Origin: Mobula hypostoma
Taxonomy: Eukaryota
Direction: 5' to 3'
NCBI RefSeq assembly: GCF_963921235.1
Contig: NC_086108.1
Coordinates: 34,536,001-34,600,000 of the forward strand
Length of the DNA: 64,000 bases
Every line of letters starts with the position of its first letter. The stretch's first letter is position 1. This document shows positions 37,908 through 51,460 of the stretch, one piece after another. The translations under genes were made by a program, and so were the position numbers. Under the pieces are notes generated by a model that saw nothing but the letters and a program-made list of their open reading frames with translations, did no database searches and was not told where the DNA came from.

Positions 37908-38340
37908 TACAGCACAGTGCTAAAGTCTTAGGCACATACATATAGTTAGGATGCCTAAGACTTGTGTGGTAATTTTATGTATTGCACTGTACAGCTGCCA
38001 CAAATAAAAACAAATATCATGACGTGTGAGTGATGGTAAAGTTCAATCTCTGTTGTGAACTGAGAGCGGGAAGGGGCACGGAGAGGGGGAATCGTGGTTG
38101 GGAAAAGGGGAAGGGAGAGGGGAGGGAGCAGGAGACACTGGAGGGACATTCTATAATGATCAATAAACCAATTGTTTGGAATCAAATGACTTTGCCTGGT
38201 GTCTCAGGGCTGGGTGTGTCTGCACACACACCGACCCCACCCTGCCCCACGCACTCCTTCTCTGTCACCTGTCCTACACCAACCCCCCTCCCTGCGGCGT
38301 ACCATCATTCCAACATACCTTGCTCCCGCCAGGTATACAA
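37908..38340 (+). mobile_element. Composite repeat: Tc1-like mini-palindrome + Rex1-like tail + G-rich segment
   Basis: Perfect inverted repeat aagtcttaggca (37923-37934) / tgcctaagactt (37952-37963); second copy at 51461-51792. Confidence 0.65.
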
Positions 38341-38533
38341 ATGCTGTAGGACAGGGAGACGAGGCGTGCAGGTGTCCGACTGTAAGGTATGTGATACTGC
38401 TGGACTGGGGTAGTTACTGGTAAAGAATGATGGAGAATGTAGAAGATCCATGCTGAGTTTAAGGTGAACATGTAAGTTTTAAAAGGATTCATGTATTGCA
38501 GAGAACCAGTTTAAGTTTATATTCTAATTAAAA

Positions 38534-38613
38534 CAGGGGATCCCAACCTTTTTTATGACATAGACCAATACCATTAAGCAAGCAGTCCATGGACCCCAGG
38601 ATGGGAACCCCTG
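38534..38613. mobile_element. hAT/Charlie-type MITE
   Basis: caggggatccca / tgggaacccctg; perfect 8-bp TSD aattaaaa. Confidence 0.85.
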
Positions 38614-39034
38614 AATTAAAAGAAAGGGTATTGCTGAATGCTCAGGTACGTTGTGTAGCAGAGCCAGTACAACTCTTTACCGATACTGAGCTTAATCCCA
38701 CGGTAATCACTGGCAGGTCTTCACAAGTTCCTTTCTGGCTATCTTGCTTTTGATTCTGGAGTTAGACAGTGATTACCTCATGAATCCTTCTTGCATACCA
38801 CTGATATCTCAGCATTCCAGAGAGTGGCTGTTGTTACAAGAATTGTCTTTGCATTTACCGAAGAGGTCAGAGTATTGTAGTTGAACGGTCATGGCTGCCA
38901 GGATTGTTGATTCAGCCCTTGTTGCTTAAGTTGGTTAGTGACGAGTATTGTCTGCTTCAACAGGGTCTTCAAACACTTTAATATTGAAATAAGTGCATTT
39001 CTTTAATCTTTCCTCCCAGTGCTGGTTCTTATTA

Positions 39035-39385
39035 TGGCACAGAAGGCCATTCGGTCCATTGAGTCCAAAGCAGCATCAGAGCAGTCTCACCAATTCCATT
39101 CCCACTCTCGTTATTTTCCTGCATTGCTATAATGTATTCTCTCTTTCAGTTGCCCATCAACACTTTTATTCGTTTCCCATTTACCTACGCCAAGGGCTAA
39201 TCTACCGATTAACCAACCAGCAGGTCTCTGGGGCTGTGGGAAGAAGCTGGAACACTCAGCAGGAAACCCATGTAGTCATGAGGAGAATATGCGAGCTGCC
39301 TACAAGCAGCACCTGAGGGCAGGATTGATCCCAGATCCCCAAGTTATCAGACAGCCATGTTAAACTCTGCACCACTGTGCAGCAC
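39035..39385 (-). mobile_element. V-SINE-like SINE with CR1-like tail
   Basis: ggaacactcagcaggaaacccatgtagtcatgaggagaat = rc of the V-domain-like core. Confidence 0.55.
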
Positions 39386-39824
39386 ATTCTAAACTTAACT
39401 TTGTTCTGTTGTTTTCTACAACGCTGAGCTGGAGAAGGATGCCACCACCTGGATTATCTGTCGTTGTTTGGTACACCACAAGAACTAGCCCTTCATGTGA
39501 GAGTCCAGGTCTGGCGCCAATAATGTGAGTTGGCCTCGAATAAGTTCTAGTACTTGGTCAACCAGAGGCTTCTTTCTCCAGGATGTTTAGTATGGGGCAT
39601 CTGCTGCCAGGATGAAGTGGTGAGGGAAGTATCCCAGATTTATTTAAGGAAGAGGGTAATGTTTATGGGGTTAAATAAATGAGGTTGACAGGAGGTTATA
39701 TTGTGCTGGAGGGCTGATTGGACTGTTCCTGTGCACTGAATACTGAGTAATGTGGTGGCATGTGACAGTAGCTCGAAGGAATCTATCCCATTCATGCTCA
39801 GAACACTTGTACTCCCTGTAACTG

Positions 39825-40100
39825 ACCATTAGACATAGGAGCAGAATTAGGCCATTTTGGCCCATCGAATCTGCTCCACCATTCAGTTATGGCTGGTTTA
39901 TTTTTCCTCTCAACCCCGTTCTCCTGCTTCTCCCCATAACCTCTGATACCCTTACTAATCAAGAATCTATTAACCTCCAGCCTAAACGTAAGCGATGACT
40001 TGACCTCCGTAGCTGAATGTAACAATGAATTCTGCAGATTCACCACCCTCTGGCTAAAGAAATTCCTCCTCACCTCTGCTGTAAAGGGACATCCTTAAAT
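39825..40100 (-). mobile_element. CR1 3' fragment
   Basis: ORF RRNFFSQRVVNLQNSL. Confidence 0.9.
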
Positions 40101-40394
40101 TCTGTTGTGTATTCATATCTGCTGAGAATTAACAACATGGTCCCAGTTGAGCATTTTGCTGTTATTTTTTGTGGTCCATTTTCTGATTTGATTTTGGCAC
40201 TATTTCCCTTTATTGCACCACATTTCTTTTGCCTGAGGCTTGCAAGGTTAAGCTAGGGACCTTTATCACTTCAATATAAATTTCTAATATGAATCTTCTG
40301 TGGATTTAATTTGAAACTGACATGAAGGGCTTCATCTATCAGATAACAGTGCCTTTCAGCTCATAAATCAGGGAAGCCCTTTAATGTTATTTCT

Positions 40395-40925
40395 TGTGCA
40401 TAAGTGTAACGAGAATGAAATAATTGTTATTCTGTTTCTGATGCAGCAAAAGATAAAGAACACGATAATTTTTTTTAAAAAACACATGATAAATATAAAT
40501 ATGTACATAAGATAATTTATATACATAGATTGATTTTATGTCCATCAAGTGATGCTAGGCTGTACTTGAAGCTACTGACATGAAATAATAAAGTAGTGGT
40601 GGTTAGTGGGTGGAGGCGTTGATGAGCCTTACTGCCTGGGGAAAGGAACTGTTTTTGAGTCTGGTGGTCTTGGCGTGGATGTTATTTGTCTCCTCTCCGC
40701 TAGGCATGAGACAAACAGCCCATGAGCAGGATGGGTGGGATCCTTCATGATGTTAGTGGCCCTTTTCTGTGTCTACTGTACATCCTTGATGGCGGGTCGG
40801 CTGTGGCTGGTGATGTGTTGGGCCATTTTGGCTACTCGTTGTAGAGTCTTCCTGTCCACTGCAGTGCAGTTTCCATACCAAGCAGTGATGCAGCTTGTTA
40901 AAATACTTCCAGCTGCTTATGTGTA
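40395..40925 (-). mobile_element. Rex1/Babar-type LINE 3' fragment
   Basis: rc encodes CITAWYGNCTAVDRKTLQRVAKMAQHI. Confidence 0.8.
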
Positions 40926-41844
40926 GGGTGACTATTCTAAAACATTTTTCTAAAGTCTGACAATTGCACTCAAATACTTGCACTTACACCGTCTGCAGCT
41001 GGATTTCATTATTAAACAGTCGATTCTATATATCAACGTAGAGCAACATATTCTTGTAATGTTGACTTTGGCAATCTCCCATGCTTTTAGTGATAATTAT
41101 GTAAGTATTGCAAGATAAAGAGACCAACAGGATTTGAGAAAGGAAGGGAGAGAAGTGGCGAAACAAGGTTAGTAAGGCTGGTAGCTTTACCTCCCTAGTC
41201 TCTTTGTTTGTTCAAACGTGACCCAGAAATGAAATAAATATTTTTTGTAAACTGTATCAACGTGAGAACAAAACCTAGTATATATTCTGAAGTGGGAAAG
41301 ATATTGGTAAAATGTTCCTGAAATAATTTCTGTGAGTGAGTATCAAGAAATCTGTTTCAGCCCTTGCATTTTTGGTTTATCCACTGATTAATAATTTGTT
41401 CAAGGGCCAGGAAAACAGGTAGATGTTACTGTTAGCTTCCTTCGTTCAGAAATAAAAGCAAGATATACTGGAATCTCAACACATCAGGACGCATGTAATG
41501 TTGCAGGTCGAATTCCCTCCAGAGGGTGGGTGGGTCCTTACGGGAATGAAACATTAGCTCTGTTTCCTTTCTCACAGATGCTGCCTGACCTGTGGAATAT
41601 TCTAGCATTCTCTGGGGTATTTTTTTCAGATTTTCAGCATCTGCAGTTTTTCTAAAAATCATGCATTCAGGGACCTATTGCAGTTGTCTTTTTAAGGATA
41701 ATACATATGTATTGATTAATTGCAGCCTTGTTGATCGATATACTGCAGATAATGGGTTACAACACAATAATCAGCTGTGACCATTATGTCTTTTTGACTG
41801 CAATGGGTGAATAATTGGTGAACAAGTAAGGTGCTAACGTTAAA

Positions 41845-41976
41845 CACAAGACCTTACAGATGCGGGAAATCTTGAGTGAAACACACAAAATGCTGGAGGA
41901 ACTCAACAATTCAGACAGCATCTATGCAGGAGAATAAACAGCTGATGTTTCAGGCTGAGACCCATCGCCAGGACTG
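41845..41976 (-). mobile_element. PLE 3' terminal fragment with mutated hammerhead
   Basis: acacacaaaatgctggaggaactca..; rc cagtc-CUGGCGA-u-GGGU cuca GCCU-GAAA. Confidence 0.7.
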
Positions 41977-42377
41977 ATAAGGCAGAATATAACTGGTGCA
42001 ACTGATAGCTCTGTTGCCTCTGGGTGTGGGCTCAAGTCTGAGTGCAGAGGCTTGATTGCAAACATCTGGGCTAACAACTAGGGCAACACTGAGAATTTTT
42101 GCTGTATTGAAGGTCGTATCCATTTGCTGAAACCAATAAATGATTGAAAATCATAATTTGGTATCAATCCAAAATAAACCAAAAGTGCGAGAAAGGCTTC
42201 TGCATAGATGCCTGCAATGTTATTTAATCACTGCTATTTTGGAGGACAAAAAGTAAAAGAATAATTAGTTTGTTATTTCTGTCATTGCTATATACAGTAC
42301 GTGATGGTGATCAGATTGACTTCCTGAGTTGCAATAGTACTATGACGTATTATAAAGAGATTGTAAGTACTAACAAG

Positions 42378-43190
42378 TACTGTAAAGTGCAGAGGGTCTG
42401 GGGAGTCCTCATGCAGGATTCCCTAAGTGTTAACTTGCAGGTTGAGTCAGTGGTAAGCAAGGCATATGCAATGTTAGCATTTATTTTGAGAGGACAAGAA
42501 TATAGAAGCAAGGATGTAATACTGAGACTTTAGAAGGCACTGGTCAGACTGCACTTGGAGTATTGTTAGCAGTTTACCTTACTTTACTTTACCTTATTGT
42601 TGCCAAACAATTGATACTAGAGCATACAATCATCACAGCGATATTTGATTCTGCGCTTCGCGCTCCCTGGGTCAGTTATCTAAGAAAAGATGCACTGGCA
42701 ATAGAGAGGGTCAAGAGGAGGTTCATGAGAATGATTCCAGAATGAAAGGGTTAATGTATACAGAGTACTTGATGGCTCTGGGCCTGCAGTCTCTGGAGTT
42801 TAGAAGAATGGGGGGGTGGGGGAGGAATCTCATTAAAATCTATTGAATATTGAAAGGCCTAGATAGATTGGATGTGGAGGGGGCGTGGGGGAGTCTAGGA
42901 TCAGAGGGCACAACCTCAGAATAGAAGGACATCCAGATGAGGAAGAATCTCTTTAGCCAGAGGGTGGTGTGTCTGTGGAATTCATTGCCATAGATGGCTG
43001 TGGAGGCCAAGTCATTGGGGATAATTGAAGGGAAGGTTGATAGGTTCTTGATTAGTAAAGGTGTCAACGATTACATGGAAAAGGCAGGAGAATGGGATTG
43101 AGAGGGATAACAAATCAGCCATGATGGAACGGTGTAGCAGGCTCAATAGGCCAAATGGTCTAATTCTGCTCTAATATCTTGTGGTCTGAG
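42378..43190 (+). mobile_element. Decayed CR1 fragment with a ~100-bp insertion at 42571-42670
   Basis: VNLQVESVVSKAYAMLAFI..YRSKDVIL; YLRKDALAIERV. Confidence 0.85.
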
Positions 43191-43527
43191 TGCCATGAGG
43201 TGTTTTGAGCAGCCTGCAGTCATGAAAGCCTTGATATATTCAGTGGTGGGGCAGGGAATATAAGGGGCTGAATGGCCGCTTCCTGCTTTCTCTTATGTTT
43301 CAATGTGCAAGGTATTTTATTCTGATGTTTCACTACAAACGTAGCATTGCATTTTGTTTTGATCCCCTTGTAGATAGGCTTGAAGTGAGCTTCAGGGAGC
43401 CTCTCAGTTACTCAGGTAGACTCAGAGTTGTGCCTGTTTACATTACTGCAGTTGAAACTTGATAGAAGGTTGAAAGTATTCCATAAAATAATGAACCTCT
43501 CCATTGCATTTCTAATGGCCCCACGCC

Positions 43528-44520
43528 ACTGTAGCAGGTAGCATGGTGCTTTTACAGCTTGGGGCACTGGAGTTCAATTGACGTCACCTGTGAGGAATAG
43601 AAACATAGAAAACATACAGCACAATACAGGCCCTTCGGCCCACAAAGCTGTGCTGAACATGTCCCTACCTTAGGACTACCTAGGCTATACCCATAGCCCT
43701 CTATTTTTCTAAGCTCCATGTAGCCATCCAGGAGTCTCTTAAAAGACCCTATCGTTTCCGCCTCCACCACTGCCGCCGGCAGCCCATTCTACACACTCAC
43801 CACTCTCTGCACAAAAAACTTACCCCTGACATCTCCTCTATACCTACTTCCAAGCAGCTTAAAACTATGCCCTCGCATGCTAGCCATTTCAGCCCTGGGG
43901 AAAAGCCTCTGACTATCTACACAATCAATGCCTCTCATTATCTTGTACACCTCTATCAAGACACCACTCATCCTCCGTCGCTCCAAGGAGAAAAGGTCGA
44001 GTTCACTCAACCTATTCTCATAAGGCATACTCCCCAATCTCGGTAACATCCTTGTAAATCTCCTCTGCATCCTTTCTATGGTTTCCACATCCTTCCTATA
44101 GTGAGACGACTAGAACTGAGCACAGAACTCCAAGTGGGGTCTGACCAGGATCCTATATAGCTGCAACATTACCTCTCAGCTCTTAAAATCAATCCCTCGA
44201 TTAATGAAGGCCAATGTACCGTATGCTTTTTTAATTATAGAGTCAACCTGCGTAGCAGCTTTGAGTGTCCTATGGACTCGGACCCCAAGATCCCTCTGAT
44301 CCTCCACACTGCCAAGAGTCTTACCATTAATACTTACTGTACATCCTCCCTGTGGAATGTGTGGGTTTTCTCCAGGTCCTCCAGTTTCCTCCCCAGTCAA
44401 AAGATGTACCATTGGGTAGGTTATTTGGTCATTATAAATTGCCCCGTGATTAGGCTATAATTAAATTGGGGGTTTGCCAGCTGGTGCGGCTCAAAAGGCC
44501 AGAAGGATCTCTCTAAATAA
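43528..44520 (+). mobile_element. tRNA-derived SINE split by a CR1 insertion
   Basis: Head at 43528-43595 (gtagcaggtagc..ggagttcaatt); remainder at 44336-44520 (gtacatcctccctgtggaatgtgtgggttttctcc). Confidence 0.6.
43597..44330 (-). mobile_element. CR1 3' fragment
   Basis: ERMQRRFTRMLP..LERRRMSGVLIEVYK; DLGVRVHRTLK; tail atagaaacatagaaa. Confidence 0.93.
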
Positions 44521-44892
44521 ATAAGTAATGTTAAGTCATTTTGAGTTGATAGATCAACAGGGCCAGGAGACTAATATTTCAGTTCTAATGGTGAGAATAC
44601 TAACAGTGCTTCTTGCTTTACCAGAGATGGTCATGAATATTAGAAATGCTGTGTGTGTGTGTTTACGATAGCAATTTCATTTAGCACCATTTTACTCCCA
44701 TTGAATTAACTATAACACCAGTCTCTTGTAATATTTTACCTGATGCTTTGTACTTCTACAGCAGGAGCTACAAACCATTAACCAGGGGGTCTGTGGGCCC
44801 CAGATTGGGGACCCCTGCCTTGGAGTTAGTTGTATAGCATGGGAACAGGTCCTCTGGCCAACCGGTCCATTCTGACGAGATGCACAGCAAGC

Positions 44893-45160
44893 TGGTGTAA
44901 TGTTTCATGCAAACAGCGAGCTGCGAGACCAGGCTTGATTCTCGCCGTTGTCTGTAAGGGGATTGTGCGTTCTCACTGTGGCCACGTGGGTTTCATCCCA
45001 CGTTCCAAAGACGTACAGTTAGGTTCAGTTGAGTAGTGGGTAAGTTATGTTGGCGCAGGAAGTGTGGTGACACTGCGGGCTACCCAGCACAGTCCTCGCT
45101 GATTTGATTTGATGCAAAACAATACATTTCACTGTTCCTATATGTGACAGATAAAGCTGA
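44893..45160 (+). mobile_element. tRNA-derived SINE with Rex1-like tail
   Basis: ttgtctgtaaggggattgtgcgttctc..gtgggtttc..aaagacgtac; 3' end catttcactgt..gtgacagataaag. Confidence 0.55.
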
Positions 45161-45789
45161 TCCCTCCCATCTAATCTAGTCCCAATTGCCCACATCCCGA
45201 CAAACCCTGCCCATCCATTAACCTGTACTTAATGCCATTCTCTTGAGACAGCCGCTTTTGCTATGCTGCGTTAATGTGACCAAGAGCAGAACAGTGGAAG
45301 CCTGACAGTAGAAAGGCAGTGAAGGCTGAGGTTGGGTTGTGCTTTGTTGTTCTACTGATGCACATCTGATGCGCCCCAGGCTTGTTCATCTAGACCTGTG
45401 TTCACAGTGATTTGTATCTTTAAAATTTTATTATCAATGATGTCTGCATAGATCCGCAAGCTTCCAATAAATTTCATGCCTGAATCTACCTCGTGCATTC
45501 ATTAAATGATCAAATAATTTGATTAACTATTTATTCTGCTGGCGGTAATGTAATCCAACAACCTTGCATAATTTTTTTGAATGTAGCGGTTGTGAATAAT
45601 CTGAATTAGCCACTGTAAAGGACATTATGACGGTTGTTTTATTTCCCTGTATATTAACAGCTATTACATCTTTGTTATTAAACCTTGGTCCTTTTTTAAT
45701 TATGACTGTAGTAAAACTTGAAAAAAAGTAAATTAGAGGAGAGATTAGAGATAAATGTCTTGCCAGAGTCCACAAAATAACCTAAAGAA

Positions 45790-46190
45790 GTAGAAGGAAT
45801 AGACCAGCCAGCTTCTCTGGCCTGTCCTGCCATTCAACGTGGTCATGGGTTATCAACTCCAGGCCTCAAGTCCTATTCTCTGTCAGATCCCACAGACCCC
45901 AATCCTTCCCCTAACTTTCAAAATTTACCTAACTCCACTTTAATTACTTCTACTGAGTTAACCCGCACAACTCTCAGGGGCAGAGAACACCAGAAATTCA
46001 CTGCTGTCTGCAAGAAGAAATTTCGAGGTACTTCTGGTTTGAATGATCAACTCCATATCTTGAAACCATATACCCTTGCTTGAGACTCTCCTACTAGAAA
46101 AAAACATCTTGACATCTACCCTGCCAGGCTCCTTTGGGATCCTATGAGCTTAACTAAGGTCACTTATTGATCATCTTAGTTCCGAAGAGC
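45790..46190 (-). mobile_element. Old CR1 3' fragment
   Basis: ccagaaattcactgctgtctgcaagaagaaattt = rc of an FF.QTAVNFW-like motif. Confidence 0.6.
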
Positions 46191-46482
46191 CTGTTTAAGC
46201 CTCTTTTGTTTGGACTATTGCATTTATGGACTGTGGACTTTTTCAGACATGAATTTCATATTCTGAGTTTTTTTAATCACACGTTCCATTTCCATTTTGT
46301 TGTGCGAGGGGAGAGTGTTTGGGGGTTGATGTTCTGTTAGTTTTTGTGCAGGGGAGGGATTGTTTTTTGGTGGTTGAAGTTTCTGTTCCGTCTTGTGCAG
46401 GGGGAAGGGGTTGATAATCGGGATGCTGTTCTTTTTTGTACGGGGGGGTGAGTTTGATGTTTCTTCCTGAATGAATGATTTT

Positions 46483-48202
46483 ACATAGAAACATAGAAAC
46501 ATAGAAAATAGGTGCAGGAGTAGGCCATTCGGCCCTTCGAGCCTGCACCGCCATTTATTATGATCATGGCTGATCATCCAACTCAGAACCCAGCCTTCCC
46601 TCCATACCCCCGACCCCTGTAGCCACAAGGGCCATATCTAACTCCCTCTTAAACATAGCCAATGAACTGGCCTCAACAGTTTGCTGTGGCAGAGAATTCC
46701 ACAGATTCACCACTCTCTGTGTGAAGAAGTTTTTCCTAATCTCGGTCCGAAAAGGCTTCCCCTCTATCCTCAAACTGTGACCCCTCGTTCTGGACCTCCC
46801 CAACATTGGGAACAATCTTCCCGCATCTAGCCTGTCCAATCCCTTTAGGATCTTATACGTTTCAATCAGATCCCCCCTCAATCTTCTAAATTCCAACGAG
46901 TACAAGCCCAGTTCATCCAGTCTTTCTTCATATGAAAGACCTGCCATCCCAGGAATCAATCTGGTGAACATTCTTTGTACTCCCTCTATGGCAAAGATGT
47001 CTTTCCTCAGATTAGGGGACCAAAACTGCACACAATACTCCAGGTGTGGTCTCACCAAGGCCTTGTACAACTGCAGTAGTACCTCCCTGCTCCTGTACTT
47101 GAATCCTCTCGCTATAAATGCCAGCATACCGTTCGCCTTTTTCACCGCCTGCTGTACCTGCATGCCCACTTTCAATGACTGGTGTATAATGATACCCAGG
47201 TCTCGTTGCACCTCCCTTTTCCTAATCGGCCACCATTCAGATAATAATCTGTTTTCCTATTTTTGCCACCAAAGTGGATAACTTCACATTTATCCACATT
47301 AAATTGCATCTGCCATGAGTTTGCCCACTCACCCAACCTATCCAAGTCACCCTGCATCCTCTTAGCATCCTCCTCACTGCTAACACTGCCACCCAGCTTC
47401 GTGTCATCCGCAAACTTGGAGATGCTGCATTTAATTCCCTCATCCAAGTCATTAATATATATTGTAAACAACTGGGGTCCCAGCACTGAGCCTTGCGGTA
47501 CCCCACTAGTCACCGCCTGCTATTCTGAAAAGGTCCCGTTTATTCCCACTCTTTGCTTCCTGTCTGCTAACCAATTCTCCACCCACACCAATACCTTAAC
47601 CCCAATACCGTGTGCTTTAAGTTTGCACACTAATCTCCTGTGTGGGACCTTGTCAAAAGCCTTTTGAAAATCCAAATATACCACATCCACTGGTTCTCCC
47701 CTATCCACTCTACTAGTTACATCCTCAAAAAATTCTATGAGATTCGTCAGACATGATTTTCCTTTCACAAATCCTTGCTGACTTTGTCCGATCATTTCAC
47801 CGCTTTCCAAATGTGCTGTTATCACATCCTTGATAACTGACTCCAGCAGTTTCCCCACCACCGACGTTAGGCTAGCCAGCCTATAATTCCCCGGTTTCTC
47901 TCTCCCTCCTTTTTTAAAAAGTGGGGTTACATTAGCCACCCTCCAATCCTCAGGAACTAGTCCAGAATCTAACGAGTTTTGAAAAATTATCACTAATGCA
48001 TCCACTATTTCTTGGGCTACTTCCTTAAGCACTCTAGGATGCAGACCATCTGGCCCTGGGGATTTATCTGCCTTCGATCCCTTCAATTTACCTAACACCA
48101 CTTCCCTACTAACATGTATTTCACTCAGTTCCTCCATCTCACTGGACCCTCTGTCCCTTACTATTTCTGGAAGATTATTTATGTCCTCCTTAGTGAAGAC
48201 AG
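46483..48202 (-). mobile_element. Young CR1 LINE, 5'-truncated; ORF2 RT with one nonsense codon and one frameshift
   Basis: KSPGPDGLHPRVLKE..YLDFQKAFDKVPH, SGVPQGSVLGP..FADDTK, VRPHLEYCVQFWSP..FFTQRVVNLWNSLP; tail (catagaaa)3. Confidence 0.97.
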
Positions 48203-49049
48203 AATTTTCACGTTCTTTCTTTGTTTCATGGCTGTCTGGAGAAATACAAATTTCAGAGTTTATGTGGATGCATGATTTGAGCTCTGAACCTTTGAAGAGC
48301 AGGTGGTGGAGATGGGGACCATTATAACATCTGGGCAGATTCAGAGGGATATGGGCCAAAGATGGGCAAGTGGGACTGACTTGAGTAATTAACTTGGTTG
48401 ACGGATGAGTCGGGCTGAAGAGCCTGTTTCAATGTTCTATGACATCTCAGTCTAGACTAAATCAGGCAAGAGATGTCTTGGTTTTGTTATGTATTTGCTT
48501 AAATTGTACATGTGCATCTTACTGAAGCGCCTTTGGGTCTCAGCTCATCGAGCATCATCATTACGGTCAAATACAGAGTCTGCAGCCAGCAAGGAGCCCC
48601 GAATGAGGGTATTGTTGACTTGGAGGGTAATTAACAAAAGAAAAGTAGTAACTTAACTTAAAAGATTTTTGAAATAGTTGGAAATATTTGGCGGGTTAAG
48701 GAGCATGTGTGGAGAGTGAAACAGAGTAAATGTTTCGGGTTGATACCCAACTATCTGTTCTGATAAGTGGTCGAACTTGCACATTTGCACTGCCTGACCT
48801 GAGCCCTGCCAACACTTTCTGCTCTGTCAAAAAAAACATGCTATTCCATCCCAGGTCTATTGATGGTGAATATTTGAGAATTCAATGCAACTCTTGGAAG
48901 AAAAAAAGACAATATCTAAATCCTGTCTGTATGGGTAAGCCTCCAATTAATAAAATCCAGGACGTGGTCAACCAGTGAGGGCTGTACAGAAAACTGCAAT
49001 AATCCAGCAACAGAGTGGTCCAGCATTTGGTGTACTTTCTATTGCATTT

Positions 49050-49700
49050 ACAGCACAGAAACAAGCCCTTTGGCCCATCTGGTCCATGTTGATCTATCAA
49101 TCTGTCTAGCCTCATCGATCTGCACCCGGACCATAGCCCTCCATACACCTCCCATCCATGTACCGATCTAAATTGCTCTTAAATGTTGAAGCCAAACCTG
49201 CATCCCACCATTTACACTAGAAACTCATTCCACACTATCACCACCCTCTGAGTGAAGAAATTCCCTCTCATGTTCCCCTTAAAGATTTCACTTTTCACCC
49301 TTAACCTACAACCTCTAGTTCTAATCCAACCCTAATCTTAGTGGAATAGCCTGCTTGCATCGATCCTATCTACACCACTCGTAATTTTGTATACCTCTAT
49401 CAAATTTCCCCTCATTCTTCTACATTCTAGGGACCAAAGTCCTGACCAATTCATCCATTCCCTGTAACTTAGATCCTCAAGTCCCAGCCATATCCATGTA
49501 AATTTTCTCTGGACTCTTTTAATCTTACTGAGATCTTTCCTGTAGGTAGGTGACCAAAACTGCACACAGTACTCCAGAATGGGCCTCACCAACATCTTGT
49601 ACAACTTCAGCGTGGCATCCCATCTCCTGCCCTTTATGAAGGCTAAGGTGCAAAAAGCTTTCTGTATGACTCTATCTACCTGTGAAGCCGCATTCAATCT
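49050..49700 (-). mobile_element. CR1 fragment
   Basis: ORF LYKMLVRPILEYCVQFWSP..RRMRGNLIEVYK. Confidence 0.9.
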
Positions 49701-50309
49701 GCCAGTCTAGCTCATCAAAGACCCAAGGTTATAGGTATGGGGCATGGTTTAGTTTTGAGTATCTGTGTTAGTCATTGTGACTCAGAATCAGAAACATCAT
49801 GGTTGTGGTAGCTGGTTTTGAGGATGTTGAGCTTGATTTTCATGGAACAAACTCCTGTCTTTCCCTTCTTCCTCTCAAGTGATTCAATTTGACCAGCATC
49901 TTTGAACGCCTATATCGATTCTTTTCCTGATCTGCCAAAGAGTGCGATTACTGTTTATTGTTAAATGTGAATGAAATGCAGAATGATGATAATTAATTGT
50001 TTTCAGCGTGTCTAGCTTGGCAATAAATCAAGCTGGCAGATTGTTTGCACGGGTTGGGGTTGTTTTTTGACCTGGTTGAACTGGAAACTTGATTGAATTC
50101 AGGTGAAAAGGTGGAGTGCAATTGAGCTGCAGATTGCCACTGGTGCTGGCTGATGACTTTGTTTTTATTAGATGTTTGAACATTGGAGTCAAAAGAGTTT
50201 GTCTCTCTTGTTTGCTAAAACATCAAAGTTTGGCTTTCCTTTGTTTAATTTGGAGGTTCAGTAGAAATTCTGGTGAAGAGAGTCAGAGAAGTTAGTCTAT
50301 GTAAGTCTT

Positions 50310-50630
50310 GTCAGGTCCTTCAGCACACCACGTCCATGCTAACCATCAGCCTCCCATTTACACTAACCCTACACCTTTTCCATTTTATTCTTTCCATATT
50401 CCCGTCAATTCCACCCCTACCCGCAGCACTGCCCCCGCCCCCGATTCTACTGCTCACCAACACAGTAGGGAAATTTACAGTGATCTTTTAATTTACCAAC
50501 TCACACATCTTTAGAATGTGGGAAGAAAGCAGTGCACTCTGCCATGCAATCACAGGAGGAACATGCAAATCCTACATAGACAACACTAGGGATCAGGATT
50601 GAATTTTGGGATCTGGTGTTGTAAAGCAAA
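50310..50630 (-). mobile_element. V-SINE-like SINE, decayed
   Basis: catgcaatcacagggagaacatgcaaat..atagacaac..caggattgaa. Confidence 0.5.
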
Positions 50631-51460
50631 GGCTTAAAAACTTAAAATTTCCTTGTTATTTTATAACTAAATCAAATTCAAAGCTGTAAAATCCGTTTAG
50701 TGCAGATTATGCTCATTTTCCACAGGCCCCTTTTTTTTGCAACTTGATAGCTACAACCCAGTTTGTTTTTGGCTGCTGACTTCAAACTGCTTGTATAAAC
50801 CAGGCTTGGTTATTAATGTCTCAATATCCTTGGATGTCAAAAACCAGTAAGTCATTTCATTCATTCTCCAAAGCAATCTCCATGATTTAAAGCACACTTT
50901 GTGTATTTCATGGTTTTCATCATGTATTCATTGGAATAAATTGTGTTTTGTTTCAGTGATGCTAAGTTATGAGACAGAGTTGATCCACTTTCCCTAGGTG
51001 CCTCTTCTCATTTTTAGTCATCTCTGAGCTTTGTCAGTAACTTCTTAGATTGAGCATTGCCCTCTGATGGGGTAAAACTGCCTTAAGTTTCTGTGTGTAT
51101 TTTGCTGATGCCCTGTTGACAGCTGCAAAGATGATCCCCAAACAGGGTGCTGGATTAAATATTTGAGTACTGGATTCCACTTGAACAAATTCCAAAGAGG
51201 CAGTGATAATAGTTTTTAAAATAATGAAAGGTTTAGACAACCTAGATCATAGAAAACAATGCTGTGTACATCGTTTAAAGATGTGTTTGCAAGTTAAGGA
51301 CAACAAAAGGAAGCAGAAAATGCAGACATAAACTTCTAATGAAAAAAATGTTGAGTATATTCTGCAGAGTGTTTCCATGCATTTTATTTAAAAGATGCCA
51401 TTATGGTCTTCAAATACAAGTAAAAAAGATTACCTTCATTTCTATAACAAAACCATAAAC

